A stretch of DNA of 64,000 nt, taken from assembly GCA_965217775.1 (NCBI GenBank), contig CBDCJH010000002.1:2464001-2528000 (forward strand), given 5' to 3'. This document shows positions 37,282 through 47,363 of the stretch, in pieces. Below the pieces are notes generated by a model. The model was given only the letters and a program-made list of their open reading frames with translations, was not told the DNA's origin and did no database searches. Numbering within the stretch: position 1 is the first letter of the stretch; each line of letters opens with the position of its first letter. Origin of the DNA: Acidobacteriota bacterium. GTDB taxonomy: Bacteria; Acidobacteriota; UBA6911; RPQK01; JAJDTT01. Both the position numbers and the translations under genes were made by a program.

Positions 37282-38751
37282 ATGAATCCCTTCCACTGCC
37301 ATCGCCATGAACCGGCCGGCTCACGACGCGAGTTCCTGAGCAAGTGGGGAATGGGCTTCGGCTCCCTGCCGCTGATCCATCTGCTGGAGCGGGAATCCTT
37401 CTTCCGGACGGCCTCCGCCAAGGGGACCCGGGAATCGATTCCGCACCCGCTCGCACCCAAGCCTCCTCACCAGAGCGCAAGTGGCCGCAACGTGGTCTTC
37501 ATCTATCTCCAGGGAGGCGCCAGCCATGTGGACACCCTGGATCCGAAGCCGGCTCTGACGCGCTACGACGGCCAGAACCTTCCCCAGAGCTTCGCCTCGG
37601 GCGATCTCAATTTCGCCAATATCGCCGCCGGCGAGGCCAAGCTGATGGGTTCGGACATCCCCTTTCGCAGGTACGGGGAGTCGGGGCTGGAGATTTCGGA
37701 TCTCATGCGGAAGGTGGCCACGCACGCCGACGACCTGGCAGTGGTCCGCTCCTGCTACCATGATTCCTTCGTCCACGGTCCGGCGACCAACTACCTCTGC
37801 ACCGGTTCCATCCTCACGGGACATCCCAGCGTCGGGTCCTGGATCCTGTACGGCCTGGGGAGCGAGAACGACAATCTTCCCGCCTACATGGTGATGACCG
37901 ACGGCAACTTGTGGGGCCGGACCAACCGGAACCACTTCGGCTCCGGGTTCCTGCCCGCCATCTACCAGGGCACCCTGCTGCGCTCCGAGGGCGCCCCCCT
38001 CAAGGACCTGACTCCTCCCCAGGAGATGACCCCGGCGGATCAGCGGAACCTCCTGGACTGGATCCGGAAGTCGAACCGGCGGCACTTTCAGAGCCGCTCC
38101 GACGATACCGGGCTGGCGGCTCGCATCTCCAACTATGAGCTGGCTTTCCGCATGCAGACCGCCGCGCCGGAACTCGTCGACCTTTCCGCGGAGCCCGACC
38201 ACATCCGCCGGCTATATGGCCTGGACCAGGAAAAGAGCCGGAAATTCGGGCGGATGTGCCTGCTGACCCGGCGCATGTTGGAACGCGGCGTCCGCTTCGT
38301 ACACCTGATCAGCACCGACTGGGACGGCCACGAGCAATGTTCCCGGAACCATTGGGACAACTCCAGGAAGGTGGACCAGCCCATCGCGGGCCTGCTGCAG
38401 GATCTCAAGCAGCGGGGGCTGATGGAGAGCACCCTGGTGTTCTGTTCGGGTGAGTTCGGGCGGACTCCGTTCGTGCAGGGAAAACTCGGCCGGGATCATC
38501 ACCCGTACGGATTCTCATGTTGGATGACGGGAGCCGGAATCCAGGGAGGGAAGGCCATCGGCGCCACCGACGATCTGGGAATGAAGGCGACCGAGGACAA
38601 GGTTCACGTCCACGACCTGCACGCCACCATCCTCTCATTGCTGGGCCTGGACCACGAAGGACTCACCTACTTCTTCCAGGGACGAGACCGGCGGCTCACT
38701 GACGTGGGCGGATACAACGACCTCTCACGGCAACTACTCCAGCGAAGTTGA
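37282..38751 (+). CDS. DUF1501 family protein
   Basis: SRREFL, GGASHVDTLDPKP, YELAFRMQ, ERGVRFV, WDGH, GEFGRTP, GRDH, HDLHATIL. Confidence 0.93.
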   Translation: MNPFHCHRHEPAGSRREFLSKWGMGFGSLPLIHLLERESFFRTASAKGTRESIPHPLAPKPPHQSASGRNVVFIYLQGGASHVDTLDPKPALTRYDGQNLPQSFASGDLNFANIAAGEAKLMGSDIPFRRYGESGLEISDLMRKVATHADDLAVVRSCYHDSFVHGPATNYLCTGSILTGHPSVGSWILYGLGSENDNLPAYMVMTDGNLWGRTNRNHFGSGFLPAIYQGTLLRSEGAPLKDLTPPQEMTPADQRNLLDWIRKSNRRHFQSRSDDTGLAARISNYELAFRMQTAAPELVDLSAEPDHIRRLYGLDQEKSRKFGRMCLLTRRMLERGVRFVHLISTDWDGHEQCSRNHWDNSRKVDQPIAGLLQDLKQRGLMESTLVFCSGEFGRTPFVQGKLGRDHHPYGFSCWMTGAGIQGGKAIGATDDLGMKATEDKVHVHDLHATILSLLGLDHEGLTYFFQGRDRRLTDVGGYNDLSRQLLQRS

Positions 38752-38768
38752 CCTCCAGTCCGGAAGCC

Positions 38769-39125
38769 ACAGGCACTTTCAGTTCCCTACTCTCAAAATC
38801 TTGTGCAAATGGACGAAAAATTATTGGTAGGGACACCCCTTGTGGGTGCCCTCTTCGCTCCAAACCGGAGCAAGACGCGGCCAATTGAAGGTCCGGGAGC
38901 TGGAACGCCGCCGCTCCGGCGAAGACATTTTGGTCTCGGCTACGCCAGGTTGGGGATGGGTAGGCGGACAGCGCCGGATCGTGCCGGTACCCGGAAAGCA
39001 CCACGGACTGACAGGCACTTTCAGTTCTCTACTCTCAAGATCTTGTGCAAATGGACGAAGAATTATTGGTAGGGGCGCCCCTTGTGGGTGCCCTCTTCGC
39101 TCCAAACCGGAGCAAGACGCGGCCA
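38769..39125 (+). repeat. 115-bp direct repeat x2 (38769-38883, 39011-39125) containing a GTAG-type REP
   Basis: Offset 242; each copy has gtagggRcRccccttgtgggtgccct. Confidence 0.85.
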
Positions 39126-39314
39126 GGGGAGGTTCGGGCGCGGCGGCTTTCAGCAGCCGAACGCCAGAGCAATCGGAAGGCGAAGCCGGACCGGCGACTG
39201 GGAAGTCACCTCTCTGGCACCCCCACTTGTTGCTAAGAAGGACGGCGAAAATGTACGAATCGTCACCTCGTGAACGATCCGCCGGCATTCAGGTTCTCCA
39301 AAAGTGTAGTTCCG

Positions 39315-39674
39315 TCAGGGACGCGCAGGAAGGTGACGTTGGAATGAAAACCCTCGAAATCGCCCGGCTGCGCCTCGACGGCAAGACCACCAGGTCGCGA
39401 ACCGGAGCTTGGCGCGAAGATGCCATGGGGACTTGCGCGCCAAGAACTGGCTTTGTTCTTGGGTCGGAAACTCGGCGACCCTCTCCAAGTAAAGGTCGAT
39501 ACAGATGGAGAGCGATTTTTTGACTTCGTCGAGAGACTGACCGAACGTCGCAATATCCATGTCAACACAGATTGCCTCCCAAGCATCACCTACGCGGTAA
39601 GCATGGCATTTGAGGTCAAGGATCACTTTCGACTCCCTGGATTCCGCGTGATCAAGAGCGACATTTCCCGTCAA
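39315..39674 (-). CDS. HicB-like protein
   Basis: WEAICVDMDIATFGQSLDEVKKSL..CIDLYL. Confidence 0.65.
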   Translation of the reverse strand: MTGNVALDHAESRESKVILDLKCHAYRVGDAWEAICVDMDIATFGQSLDEVKKSLSICIDLYLERVAEFPTQEQSQFLARKSPWHLRAKLRFATWWSCRRGAAGRFRGFSFQRHLPARP

Positions 39675-39790
39675 ATTAACACGGCTCGCCTATCCCTGCA
39701 TGGCGAGTCGCCTCACGAGCCCGATGAGATTCCATCTGAGGGCCAAATCTTCCTTTGACCCGAGGGGCGATATTTTGGGAGACTTCGACG

Positions 39791-40006
39791 GTGAAGAATC
39801 AGTTCACGTCCATTATCGAGCGCGACGGAGAGTGGCACATCGCCCATTGCGCTGAAATCCCTGGCGCCAACGGTCAGGGCAAGTCCAAGGTTGAGGCTCG
39901 TGACAACCTGGCGGATGCCATAGCGCTCATCCTCAAGGAACGCCGCGACGAAGGATTGCGCGGTGTGCCCCCTGAGGCCATGCGAGAAACGGTCATCGTC
40001 TCATGA
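39791..40006 (+). CDS. hicB: HicB-family antitoxin, no HicA seen
   Basis: FTSIIERDGEWHIAHCAEIPGANGQGKSKVEARDNLADAI. Confidence 0.85.
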   Translation: MKNQFTSIIERDGEWHIAHCAEIPGANGQGKSKVEARDNLADAIALILKERRDEGLRGVPPEAMRETVIVS

Positions 40007-40545
40007 ATGGGACCCGTCTACTCCGATGTCGGCAATTCGTCGCCGGAATCCACCTGATTGCGATCCTGGCTGCAGGCGTGGGGCAGGTGCGGGCAGCCGC
40101 CGAGGTCTATTTGACCGAGATCCGGCTGGATCGGGATCTCTACACCGAGGACGGCCGGCGGTTGGACCGGGGTGGCTTCGATCTGGAAGTCCGGCGCGAG
40201 GAGGAAGGCTGTTCTCTGGTCTTTCTGAAGGGCGAGAAGGTTGTCGCCACCGTCGCCGGCGAAGAGCGCACTGAAACGGAGACGGACCGAATCATTCCCA
40301 TCGTCGGAACCCTTTATCTGCGGTCGACGGCCGTCCCGATAGGGACGGCTGAAGAAAGGCAACTGAGCAAGACGGGCCGGCCCCAATATCAGGACCAGGT
40401 GCAGAACTGGGAGAACACGCTTCGGGCCTTTCGCGGCACGGAAGACGCGGAGGTCCACTTTCTCTTCCAGAGGAGAAAGAACTGGGGTGAATGGGAACAG
40501 GTTCGCTTCAGGCTATACCTGGAGGATCCGGGCGCTGGCCGCTGA
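40003..40545 (+). CDS. Secreted hypothetical protein
   Basis: ATGA overlap with hicB, signal-like N-terminus, host-like codon usage. Confidence 0.6.
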   Translation: MNGTRLLRCRQFVAGIHLIAILAAGVGQVRAAAEVYLTEIRLDRDLYTEDGRRLDRGGFDLEVRREEEGCSLVFLKGEKVVATVAGEERTETETDRIIPIVGTLYLRSTAVPIGTAEERQLSKTGRPQYQDQVQNWENTLRAFRGTEDAEVHFLFQRRKNWGEWEQVRFRLYLEDPGAGR

Positions 40546-40554
40546 CCGCTCCCG

Positions 40555-43308
40555 CTATCTCTCCGGCGCCAGCAAAGTCAGGAATGCGGACTGCATGGGA
40601 TCTTTCGCCAGGAAACGCCGCACCCACCACTGACCGGACTCCGAGGCCACGGCTTCACCGAACATTCTGGCGTCGTTGTCCATGCCTCGGGCGAACCCGT
40701 GTTCGTAGCCGAACCGCAGGGCCGTCAGCGCCAACCGGGCTGCGAACTCGCGAGCAGTCCGCAGATCCTCTGCCGAATCGCCGACGGGCGTCGGTGATTG
40801 CAGGATTCCGTTCACGGCATCGCTTCCGTAAAGCGCGTCCAACTCCCGGCTCTGACTCGTAGCGAGTCGATCCCAATCGGACGCCTGAAATCGGCGCACA
40901 CCGGACCGGAGCTCTTCGGCCACGCGGAACGCCTTGGCAAGAGCGGTGCCGGAGGGATGGAACTGGTGGGCCAGCCCGATCCGCACCGCCGTTCGTCCGT
41001 CCACCGACTCTCCGTTGACCGCCATTTCGGCGGCTCGCCGCGGCCCCACGAGTCTCGGAAGCCTCTGCATACCTCCGTATCCGGGGATGATGCCGAGCTT
41101 CACCTCCGGCTGCCCGATGACGGCATTTTCGGTGACGATTCGATAGTGGGTGCTCATGGCCAGCTCGTTGCCGCCCCCCAGCGCGAAGCCGTCCACGATC
41201 GACACAACAGGAAGCGGCAGGGTTTCCAGCCGCCGGAAAAGCGCCATGTTCTCCGCCGCCAGACGCCGGATAGACTCCGCGTCCCCGCCCACGAAGCCTT
41301 GGACGTCGGCCCCCGCCACGAAGGCCCGTCCCGAGCCGCGCAGAATCAGGGCGGTCGTCTTTTCTCCGTGGAGGGTTCCGTTCGCTCCGAGCTCTTCTGT
41401 CAGTTGGGCAAGCTGGTCCAGAAGTTCCTGATTGAGGGCGTTCAAGGCGTCCGGCCGCTGGAGGGTGAGGATTCCCACTTCGTCGATCAGGCTCAAGGCG
41501 ATGAACCGGCCGTTTTCCGGGTCGGCCTCGCGGAGCGTCTTGCCCAGGTACTCGGCTTCGTAGTCGGAGATCCTCCGGCCTGCGGCGTCCGCCTGAACCA
41601 GCGCCACCCCCTTGGGTTTCGCCATGGTGCCGTCCAGCATCTTCTGCTGGATCTCCGGCAGTCCGGAAAGGCTCACCACCTCCAGGTCCTCCTGGTCCAT
41701 GACGATTCGATTCCGGGCCAGCAGTCGGACCGTCTCCCGAGCCTGGGCCGCTCGATACATGTGGGAGCCGGAGACGGTCAGGTCGTACGACCCGCGGGCG
41801 ACGACGACGCCGCACGACATCTCGTCCTTCTCGTCATGGTCCCTCAGCAGGAATGTGCTCACGTGCAGCGTACTCTGATCGGGCCGCTCCACGATGAAGT
41901 CCGGATTGACCCGGGGACCGAAGACCGCCCAAATGGCCCGCCCGAGAGCGCGGGCGTCCAGCATGAAGTCCGACATGTAGGCGGGATTCGGGGTTCCCTC
42001 GCCGGTCAAGGGGTCCGGCATGTCGGCGGGTAGACGGAACCGATCGCGATCGATGACCTGCGACTCGGTGAGGCCCAGCCGGTACAGAGCGGCCAGCCCC
42101 TCCGCTTCCCGGGAACGAGAGGCGACCACCACCAGGTCCGCCCGCCGCTGCAGCGCCGCCTCGACGAACTCCCGCGCGTACCGGTCGGCGCCCCAGACCA
42201 GCCCTCTTCGCCCCGGCAGCAGGCCGATCTCCGAGAAGATCTCCGCCGGGGTCCCGCTCCGAAAGAGGACCTGTTTCTGGCGCATCCAGACCCAGCGGGC
42301 ATCCAGAACGAAGCGCCGTCCGTCGTAGAAGAAGGTCTCCTTGTACTCCCCCTTGAGGCCCCGCCCGGTGGCGCCGAAGAAGGCGAGTCGTCCATTCGGG
42401 CCGAGAACCGATACCAGAAGAGGAAAGTTGGCGCCCCCGGTATGCTCGAAGACCGTGTCCACCGGCCGGCCTTCGTTGGCGGCCAGCACGATCCGGCGAA
42501 AGGGCTCGGTCCGGGCATGCCACCGGTCATACTCCTCCTCCACGTCGACCACACCGAAGACTTCGGCGGGGATCTGCCGCCGGTCGACGAAGGCGTCGGC
42601 GATTCCCCGTTCGATGAGGGATCGGCCCAACTTCGGATTGGAACCCATCAGGACGACGCGGGCTCCGAGGGCCTTTCCCAGTTGCGCCGCGGCGAAGCTG
42701 GTTCCCTTCCCGCCTCCCAGGACCAACATCGAATCTCCCGGACCGACGGCCAGACGTTCCACGACGGTGCGGTAGGCCGTTCCGTACGTGAGCAGCATGG
42801 CCGAAAGCTGCTCGGGACTGTGGCCGCCGAGGGACGGAGGGACCGGTATGGCCCGCTCCTCGTCCACCAAGGCGAACTGGGCGTTGAAGCCGTCGTGGGT
42901 CTCGTAGCCGCGGATGTTGTGGCCGGTCCAGGAATCGAGAATGACGGCCTGTCCCACCTTCACCGACCGGACCGCCGGGCCCGCATCCACCACGATGCCC
43001 AGGGCGTCGCTTCCCGGAATGTGCAGGGTGGCGCTGTCGCCCCGGCCGAAGACGGGAACCGGCAGCCCCAGAGCCGCGAAATTGGTATTGAAGTTGGGTC
43101 CGCTGGCCAGCACGGATACGAGGACACCCCGGGCGTCGGCGGAGCTCAGGCGCGGAACCTCGACCTGCTCCAGGCGGACCACGTCCCGGGGCGGACCGTA
43201 TCGGTCCCGGTACAGGGTCAGCGCGTGCATCCGTTTCGGAATGGACCGGGCCAGAGTCGGACAGAAGCCCAGCGGCCAGGGCGTATCGGGGCGATCAGCG
43301 GCGGTCAC
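40555..43308 (-). CDS. Fusion of a CCR/acrylyl-CoA-reductase-like MDR domain and an enoyl-CoA hydratase
   Basis: PNFNTNFA, HIPGSD, GYETHDG, TYGTAYR, FEHTG, WMRQK, GSHM; then AFVAGAD, ALGGGNELAM, GQPEVKLGIIPGYGGMQRL. Confidence 0.85.
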   Translation of the reverse strand: MTAADRPDTPWPLGFCPTLARSIPKRMHALTLYRDRYGPPRDVVRLEQVEVPRLSSADARGVLVSVLASGPNFNTNFAALGLPVPVFGRGDSATLHIPGSDALGIVVDAGPAVRSVKVGQAVILDSWTGHNIRGYETHDGFNAQFALVDEERAIPVPPSLGGHSPEQLSAMLLTYGTAYRTVVERLAVGPGDSMLVLGGGKGTSFAAAQLGKALGARVVLMGSNPKLGRSLIERGIADAFVDRRQIPAEVFGVVDVEEEYDRWHARTEPFRRIVLAANEGRPVDTVFEHTGGANFPLLVSVLGPNGRLAFFGATGRGLKGEYKETFFYDGRRFVLDARWVWMRQKQVLFRSGTPAEIFSEIGLLPGRRGLVWGADRYAREFVEAALQRRADLVVVASRSREAEGLAALYRLGLTESQVIDRDRFRLPADMPDPLTGEGTPNPAYMSDFMLDARALGRAIWAVFGPRVNPDFIVERPDQSTLHVSTFLLRDHDEKDEMSCGVVVARGSYDLTVSGSHMYRAAQARETVRLLARNRIVMDQEDLEVVSLSGLPEIQQKMLDGTMAKPKGVALVQADAAGRRISDYEAEYLGKTLREADPENGRFIALSLIDEVGILTLQRPDALNALNQELLDQLAQLTEELGANGTLHGEKTTALILRGSGRAFVAGADVQGFVGGDAESIRRLAAENMALFRRLETLPLPVVSIVDGFALGGGNELAMSTHYRIVTENAVIGQPEVKLGIIPGYGGMQRLPRLVGPRRAAEMAVNGESVDGRTAVRIGLAHQFHPSGTALAKAFRVAEELRSGVRRFQASDWDRLATSQSRELDALYGSDAVNGILQSPTPVGDSAEDLRTAREFAARLALTALRFGYEHGFARGMDNDARMFGEAVASESGQWWVRRFLAKDPMQSAFLTLLAPER

Positions 43309-43321
43309 AACGCGCGAATCG

Positions 43322-44668
43322 TCAGATCAATTCCGGGATGGGCTGCCCCATGGTGTCGTCGAAACCGTTGGCGATGTAGACGGGACGTCCAACGGGAGCC
43401 ATGTAGGTCTTGGTCCAATCGATACCCAGCGCCTTGTAGATGGTGGCGTAGAGGTCGCCGATGGAGATCGGGCGTTCCGCAACGAAGGCGGCCCGGTCGT
43501 CGCTGACGCCGATGACCTGCCCCCCTTGGATACCGCCGCCTCCCAGGGCCAACGACCAGCAGTGGGGCCAGTGATCCCGACCCAGGCCGGGATTGATGTG
43601 GGGAGTCCGCCCGAACTCACCCATGACCAGCACCACCGTCGATTCCCACAGACCCCTCTGTTCCAAATCTTCCAACAGCGCGGAGAGCGCCTGGTCCAGG
43701 GGAGGCGTCAGGTCTTCCTTGAGCCGCTTGTCGTTGCTCCCGTGGGTGTCCCACTGCCCGTGCTTGTAACCGGCCGCCGTGACGAAGCGGCACCCGGCCT
43801 CCACCAGGCGGCGGGCCATCAGCACGCTCTGGCCGACGCGGTGGCGTCCGTACGCGTCCCTGGTCTTCTCCGATTCGCTGGAGAGGTCGAACGCCTTCTG
43901 GACGTGAGACGAGAGGATCATGCCCAGTGCCTGCTCGCGGTAAGTGTCCATCTTGCCGAACTCGGCCACCTCCTGGGTGGCCCGGTAATGCCGGTCCACG
44001 ATGCTGAGCAGGGTCTTCCGGTCTTCGATGGCCGCGGCGGAGACCGATTTGGGCAACCGGAGGTCGGGTACGACATATTCCTCGCCGCTGGGATCCGGCA
44101 GGACCATGGCGTCGTACTCGGCGCCGATGTACGAGCCCTTGAAGGCCTCCTCGTAGTTGTAGAAGTCGTTTTCCCAAGGCATGGGGACCGTGGTGAACGG
44201 CGGCATGCCGTTGCGGGGACCCATTTCCTTGGCCACGATCGAGCCGACCCCGGGGAACTTCATGGTGGGGCTGGGCCGATGGCCGGTGAGGGACTCGATG
44301 GTTCCCTGGGGGTGGTTGGTCTCCTGCGTCCGCATGGACCGGATCAGCGAGAGCTTGTCCAGGTGCCCGGCCGTCCGGGGCAGGAGTTCGGAGATGCGGA
44401 TGCCGTCGACGTTGGTGTCGATGGAGCCGAAGTTGGTGTTCCCCTTGGGGTCCCAGGTGTCCATCTGGCTGGGGCCGCCCTCCAGGAAGAGGAGAATGCA
44501 CGCCTGCGCCTGGCCCGCGGGAGGTTTGGCGCCGGCCGCTGCCTGGAGACGTTCCAGACTGAGGAGGTCGCCGGCGTTCATCCCGAGAAAGCTCAGGGAA
44601 CCTACGCGGAGGAAGTCGCGGCGCCCGAGTTTGGTCCGCCTGCATTGGAAACATCTATATTCGTTCAA
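43322..44668 (-). CDS. DUF1501 family protein
   Basis: RRDFL, GGPSQMDTWDPK, ARRLVEAG, WDTH, GEFGRTP, GRDHW. Confidence 0.92.
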   Translation of the reverse strand: MNEYRCFQCRRTKLGRRDFLRVGSLSFLGMNAGDLLSLERLQAAAGAKPPAGQAQACILLFLEGGPSQMDTWDPKGNTNFGSIDTNVDGIRISELLPRTAGHLDKLSLIRSMRTQETNHPQGTIESLTGHRPSPTMKFPGVGSIVAKEMGPRNGMPPFTTVPMPWENDFYNYEEAFKGSYIGAEYDAMVLPDPSGEEYVVPDLRLPKSVSAAAIEDRKTLLSIVDRHYRATQEVAEFGKMDTYREQALGMILSSHVQKAFDLSSESEKTRDAYGRHRVGQSVLMARRLVEAGCRFVTAAGYKHGQWDTHGSNDKRLKEDLTPPLDQALSALLEDLEQRGLWESTVVLVMGEFGRTPHINPGLGRDHWPHCWSLALGGGGIQGGQVIGVSDDRAAFVAERPISIGDLYATIYKALGIDWTKTYMAPVGRPVYIANGFDDTMGQPIPELI

Positions 44669-44777
44669 CTTTCCTTCTCCGTCAGTCCTTGGAGGGGCGA
44701 CGTTGCGGTCGTCCGTTCCTTATTTGGCCCATTGTTGCATTGGAGTCCGGCGGCAAGAAAGCCGCCGCTCCCGTTCC

Positions 44778-47363
44778 TCAATGATTGTATGCAAACTCCC
44801 GCGAGCTGATTAGGGCCCACATCAGGTTCGCCAGTTGCTCCGGCCGCGGGGAGGACCCCTCTCGGACATACGCTTCCAGGTCGGATCTTTCCCGTTCGGT
44901 CGGATAGCGCGAAAGCGCTGCCAGGTAGAAGTCTTCGATGATCCGGGCATCGGACAGGCCTTCCCGCAGCGCCCGGTCGAGACGTCCGCCCTCCTGGGTG
45001 ATTTTGGTCGTATAAGTCGACCCCGCCCACATGTGCAGGGCCTGGGTCAAGGTCAGGGACGGCTTTTCCGGAAGCGACTTGCGCATGGACCGTCCGTAGA
45101 CGTTGAGGAAATGGCAGGGAAACAGTTCGGGAATCAGGTCGATGGCGCGGGCCCCCGGACGAGCCGCGCCGGTGCGCACGGTCTTGGGGTGCACCGGGAA
45201 CTCCTCCGGGACCCCGGTGGCGTGGGAGATGGCGTCCAACAGGACGGTGGCCTGCAACGGCCGGGCCAAAGCCCGCGCATAGTTGATTCCATCTTCCTGG
45301 TTGGTCCGGTTGGGGACTCCCGAAGTCTGGTAGGTCCGCGACCGGACGATCCGCCTCATCAGGTGCTTCAGGTCGTAGCCGTGCTCCACGAAGTCTTCCG
45401 CCAGCGCCGACAGCAGCTCGGGATGGGTCGGCGGGTTGGATACCTTGAAATCGTCCACAGGGTCCACGACTCCCCGGCCGAAGTAATAGCCCCAGACCCG
45501 GTTCACGACGGTCCGGGCGAAGGCGGGCTGGGCGATGATCCAGTCGGCCAGAGCCAGGCGCGGATCGCGCTCCTGTTCCCCTGTCGGGAATGACCCGTCC
45601 AGGAACCCGGCCCGGACTTCTTCCTTCCGGCGTGGATGGACGGTTTTGATGCCCTCCCGTTTCAAGTCGTAGGATCGCCCACCCTCCGGATTGTCGAAAA
45701 CCAATTGGGAATCCAGAAGTTGCGTGACGTTGCCGAAAAAGGCGGTCATTCCCCAGAACTGGTCCTGGCTCCAGGTCTCGAAGGGATGGTTGTGGCACTG
45801 GGCGCAATCCAGCCGGCGCCCCATGAAGACGCGGACCTGCTCGGCCATGATCTCGTGCGGCACGACCAGTTCGGTATAACGAAAAAAGTGACGGGTGGGA
45901 GCCGCGTACCCCTGAGCGGCGATACGTTCCCGCGCCATGCGGTCGTAGGGCTTGTTCTGGAGGATGCCGTTGCGGACCCAGTCGCCGTATGCCTTGACCT
46001 CCTTGAGCGAGCCCACGGAGGTGTAGGTCACCCGGAACAGGTCCCCGAACAGGAAACTCCAATAGTCCACGTACTGGGGAGAGTCCAGGAGAGTCTCGAT
46101 GAGCTTGTCCCGTTTCCGCGGGTCGCGGTCGGCCAGGAATTCCCGGACGCGATCCGGCGGCGGAAGGGTGCCGGTGATGTCCATACAGACGCGGCGCAGG
46201 AATTCCGAATCGCTGGAAAGCGCAGAAGGACGGATCTGGAACTTTCGCAGTTTGGCGAAGACGTGCTCGTCGATGAGATTGCGGGGCTCGATTCTGAAGT
46301 CGACTGGGGCCGACGCATCCACGACTCCGAAGCGTGCGCTGACGGCATGACCGGCGGTGCGGACCAGCACCGTCGTCTCTCCCCTTCCGGCGGCCGTGAC
46401 CCGGCCGTTTTCGTCGACCGTCACGACGTGGGGGTTCTGGGAGACGTAGCGAGCCTGGTGACTGATGTCCTCGCCACGGCCGTCGGGTCCGTAGGCGGTC
46501 ACCAGAAGCTGCTGGACACCCTTGCCGTCCAAGACGGATTCCTGCGGGAAGACCGTCACCCGGACTATCCGCCCAGCTTCATTTCGGTCGCCATATTCGG
46601 CCCCTTCCCGGATCCAATCCAGAAGGGCGGCGTAGTCCGCAGAGCCGGCGTCGAGGCGCTCACCGCCGCCGTGGATCACCTGCATGGCGGCCTTTTGCAG
46701 CAGCAGGCTCTCCTCCGGACGCTCCGGATTCACGCGCGGCACCCGCGGACCGCCCGATTCCATGACCAGGACCTGGTAGATCCCCCCTTTCACGATCCAC
46801 TCGTGGTCCTCTTCCGGATAGAGAGCGTCGAGGGAGAGCTTGAGACCTCCCTTTCCCTTGACGCTGCCGTGGCACTCGCTGGCGTTGCAGCCCCGTTTGG
46901 TCAGTATGGAGGCGATATCGCGGTCGAAACGGAAGGGTCTCTGAGCCGCGCCGGGATCGATTCGAATCCGGGACTGGGCCTCGCGCCCCCCGATCCGGGC
47001 CCGGAGAGTCACCTCGCCCGGCGCCAGGGCGACGACCCTGCCGGCGTCACCCACGCGCGCCAGTTCGGGATCGGAAATTCGAAGCCGGCTGTCCGAGGTC
47101 AGATCCCTCTCCAGACCATCGGCGAACGTCCCCATGACGACGAAACGCCGGGCAGCCTCCGGACCCGTCAAGTGCGCCTGCTCCGGGACCAATCTCAGAG
47201 CGAGCAGTGTCGGGGAGTGGCTCGGCGCCGGCGCCTCGAAGGCGGCCATCGCGCAAACCAGGACTGAGGAAACGACGATGACCGTCGAGCAGAGAATGGG
47301 GCCGGGCCTCCGCCCGCATCGATTCCATTGGGAAGTGATCCAATCGGACACCTGGACCTTCAT
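44778..47363 (-). CDS. Ig-like (Big_2) + DUF1549/DUF1553 protein
   Basis: GCNASECHG, NLIDEHVFAKL, FLRRV.MDITGTLP, CAQCHNHPF, NPPTHPELL; ATG overlaps the upstream stop. Confidence 0.9.
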   Translation of the reverse strand: MKVQVSDWITSQWNRCGRRPGPILCSTVIVVSSVLVCAMAAFEAPAPSHSPTLLALRLVPEQAHLTGPEAARRFVVMGTFADGLERDLTSDSRLRISDPELARVGDAGRVVALAPGEVTLRARIGGREAQSRIRIDPGAAQRPFRFDRDIASILTKRGCNASECHGSVKGKGGLKLSLDALYPEEDHEWIVKGGIYQVLVMESGGPRVPRVNPERPEESLLLQKAAMQVIHGGGERLDAGSADYAALLDWIREGAEYGDRNEAGRIVRVTVFPQESVLDGKGVQQLLVTAYGPDGRGEDISHQARYVSQNPHVVTVDENGRVTAAGRGETTVLVRTAGHAVSARFGVVDASAPVDFRIEPRNLIDEHVFAKLRKFQIRPSALSSDSEFLRRVCMDITGTLPPPDRVREFLADRDPRKRDKLIETLLDSPQYVDYWSFLFGDLFRVTYTSVGSLKEVKAYGDWVRNGILQNKPYDRMARERIAAQGYAAPTRHFFRYTELVVPHEIMAEQVRVFMGRRLDCAQCHNHPFETWSQDQFWGMTAFFGNVTQLLDSQLVFDNPEGGRSYDLKREGIKTVHPRRKEEVRAGFLDGSFPTGEQERDPRLALADWIIAQPAFARTVVNRVWGYYFGRGVVDPVDDFKVSNPPTHPELLSALAEDFVEHGYDLKHLMRRIVRSRTYQTSGVPNRTNQEDGINYARALARPLQATVLLDAISHATGVPEEFPVHPKTVRTGAARPGARAIDLIPELFPCHFLNVYGRSMRKSLPEKPSLTLTQALHMWAGSTYTTKITQEGGRLDRALREGLSDARIIEDFYLAALSRYPTERERSDLEAYVREGSSPRPEQLANLMWALISSREFAYNH

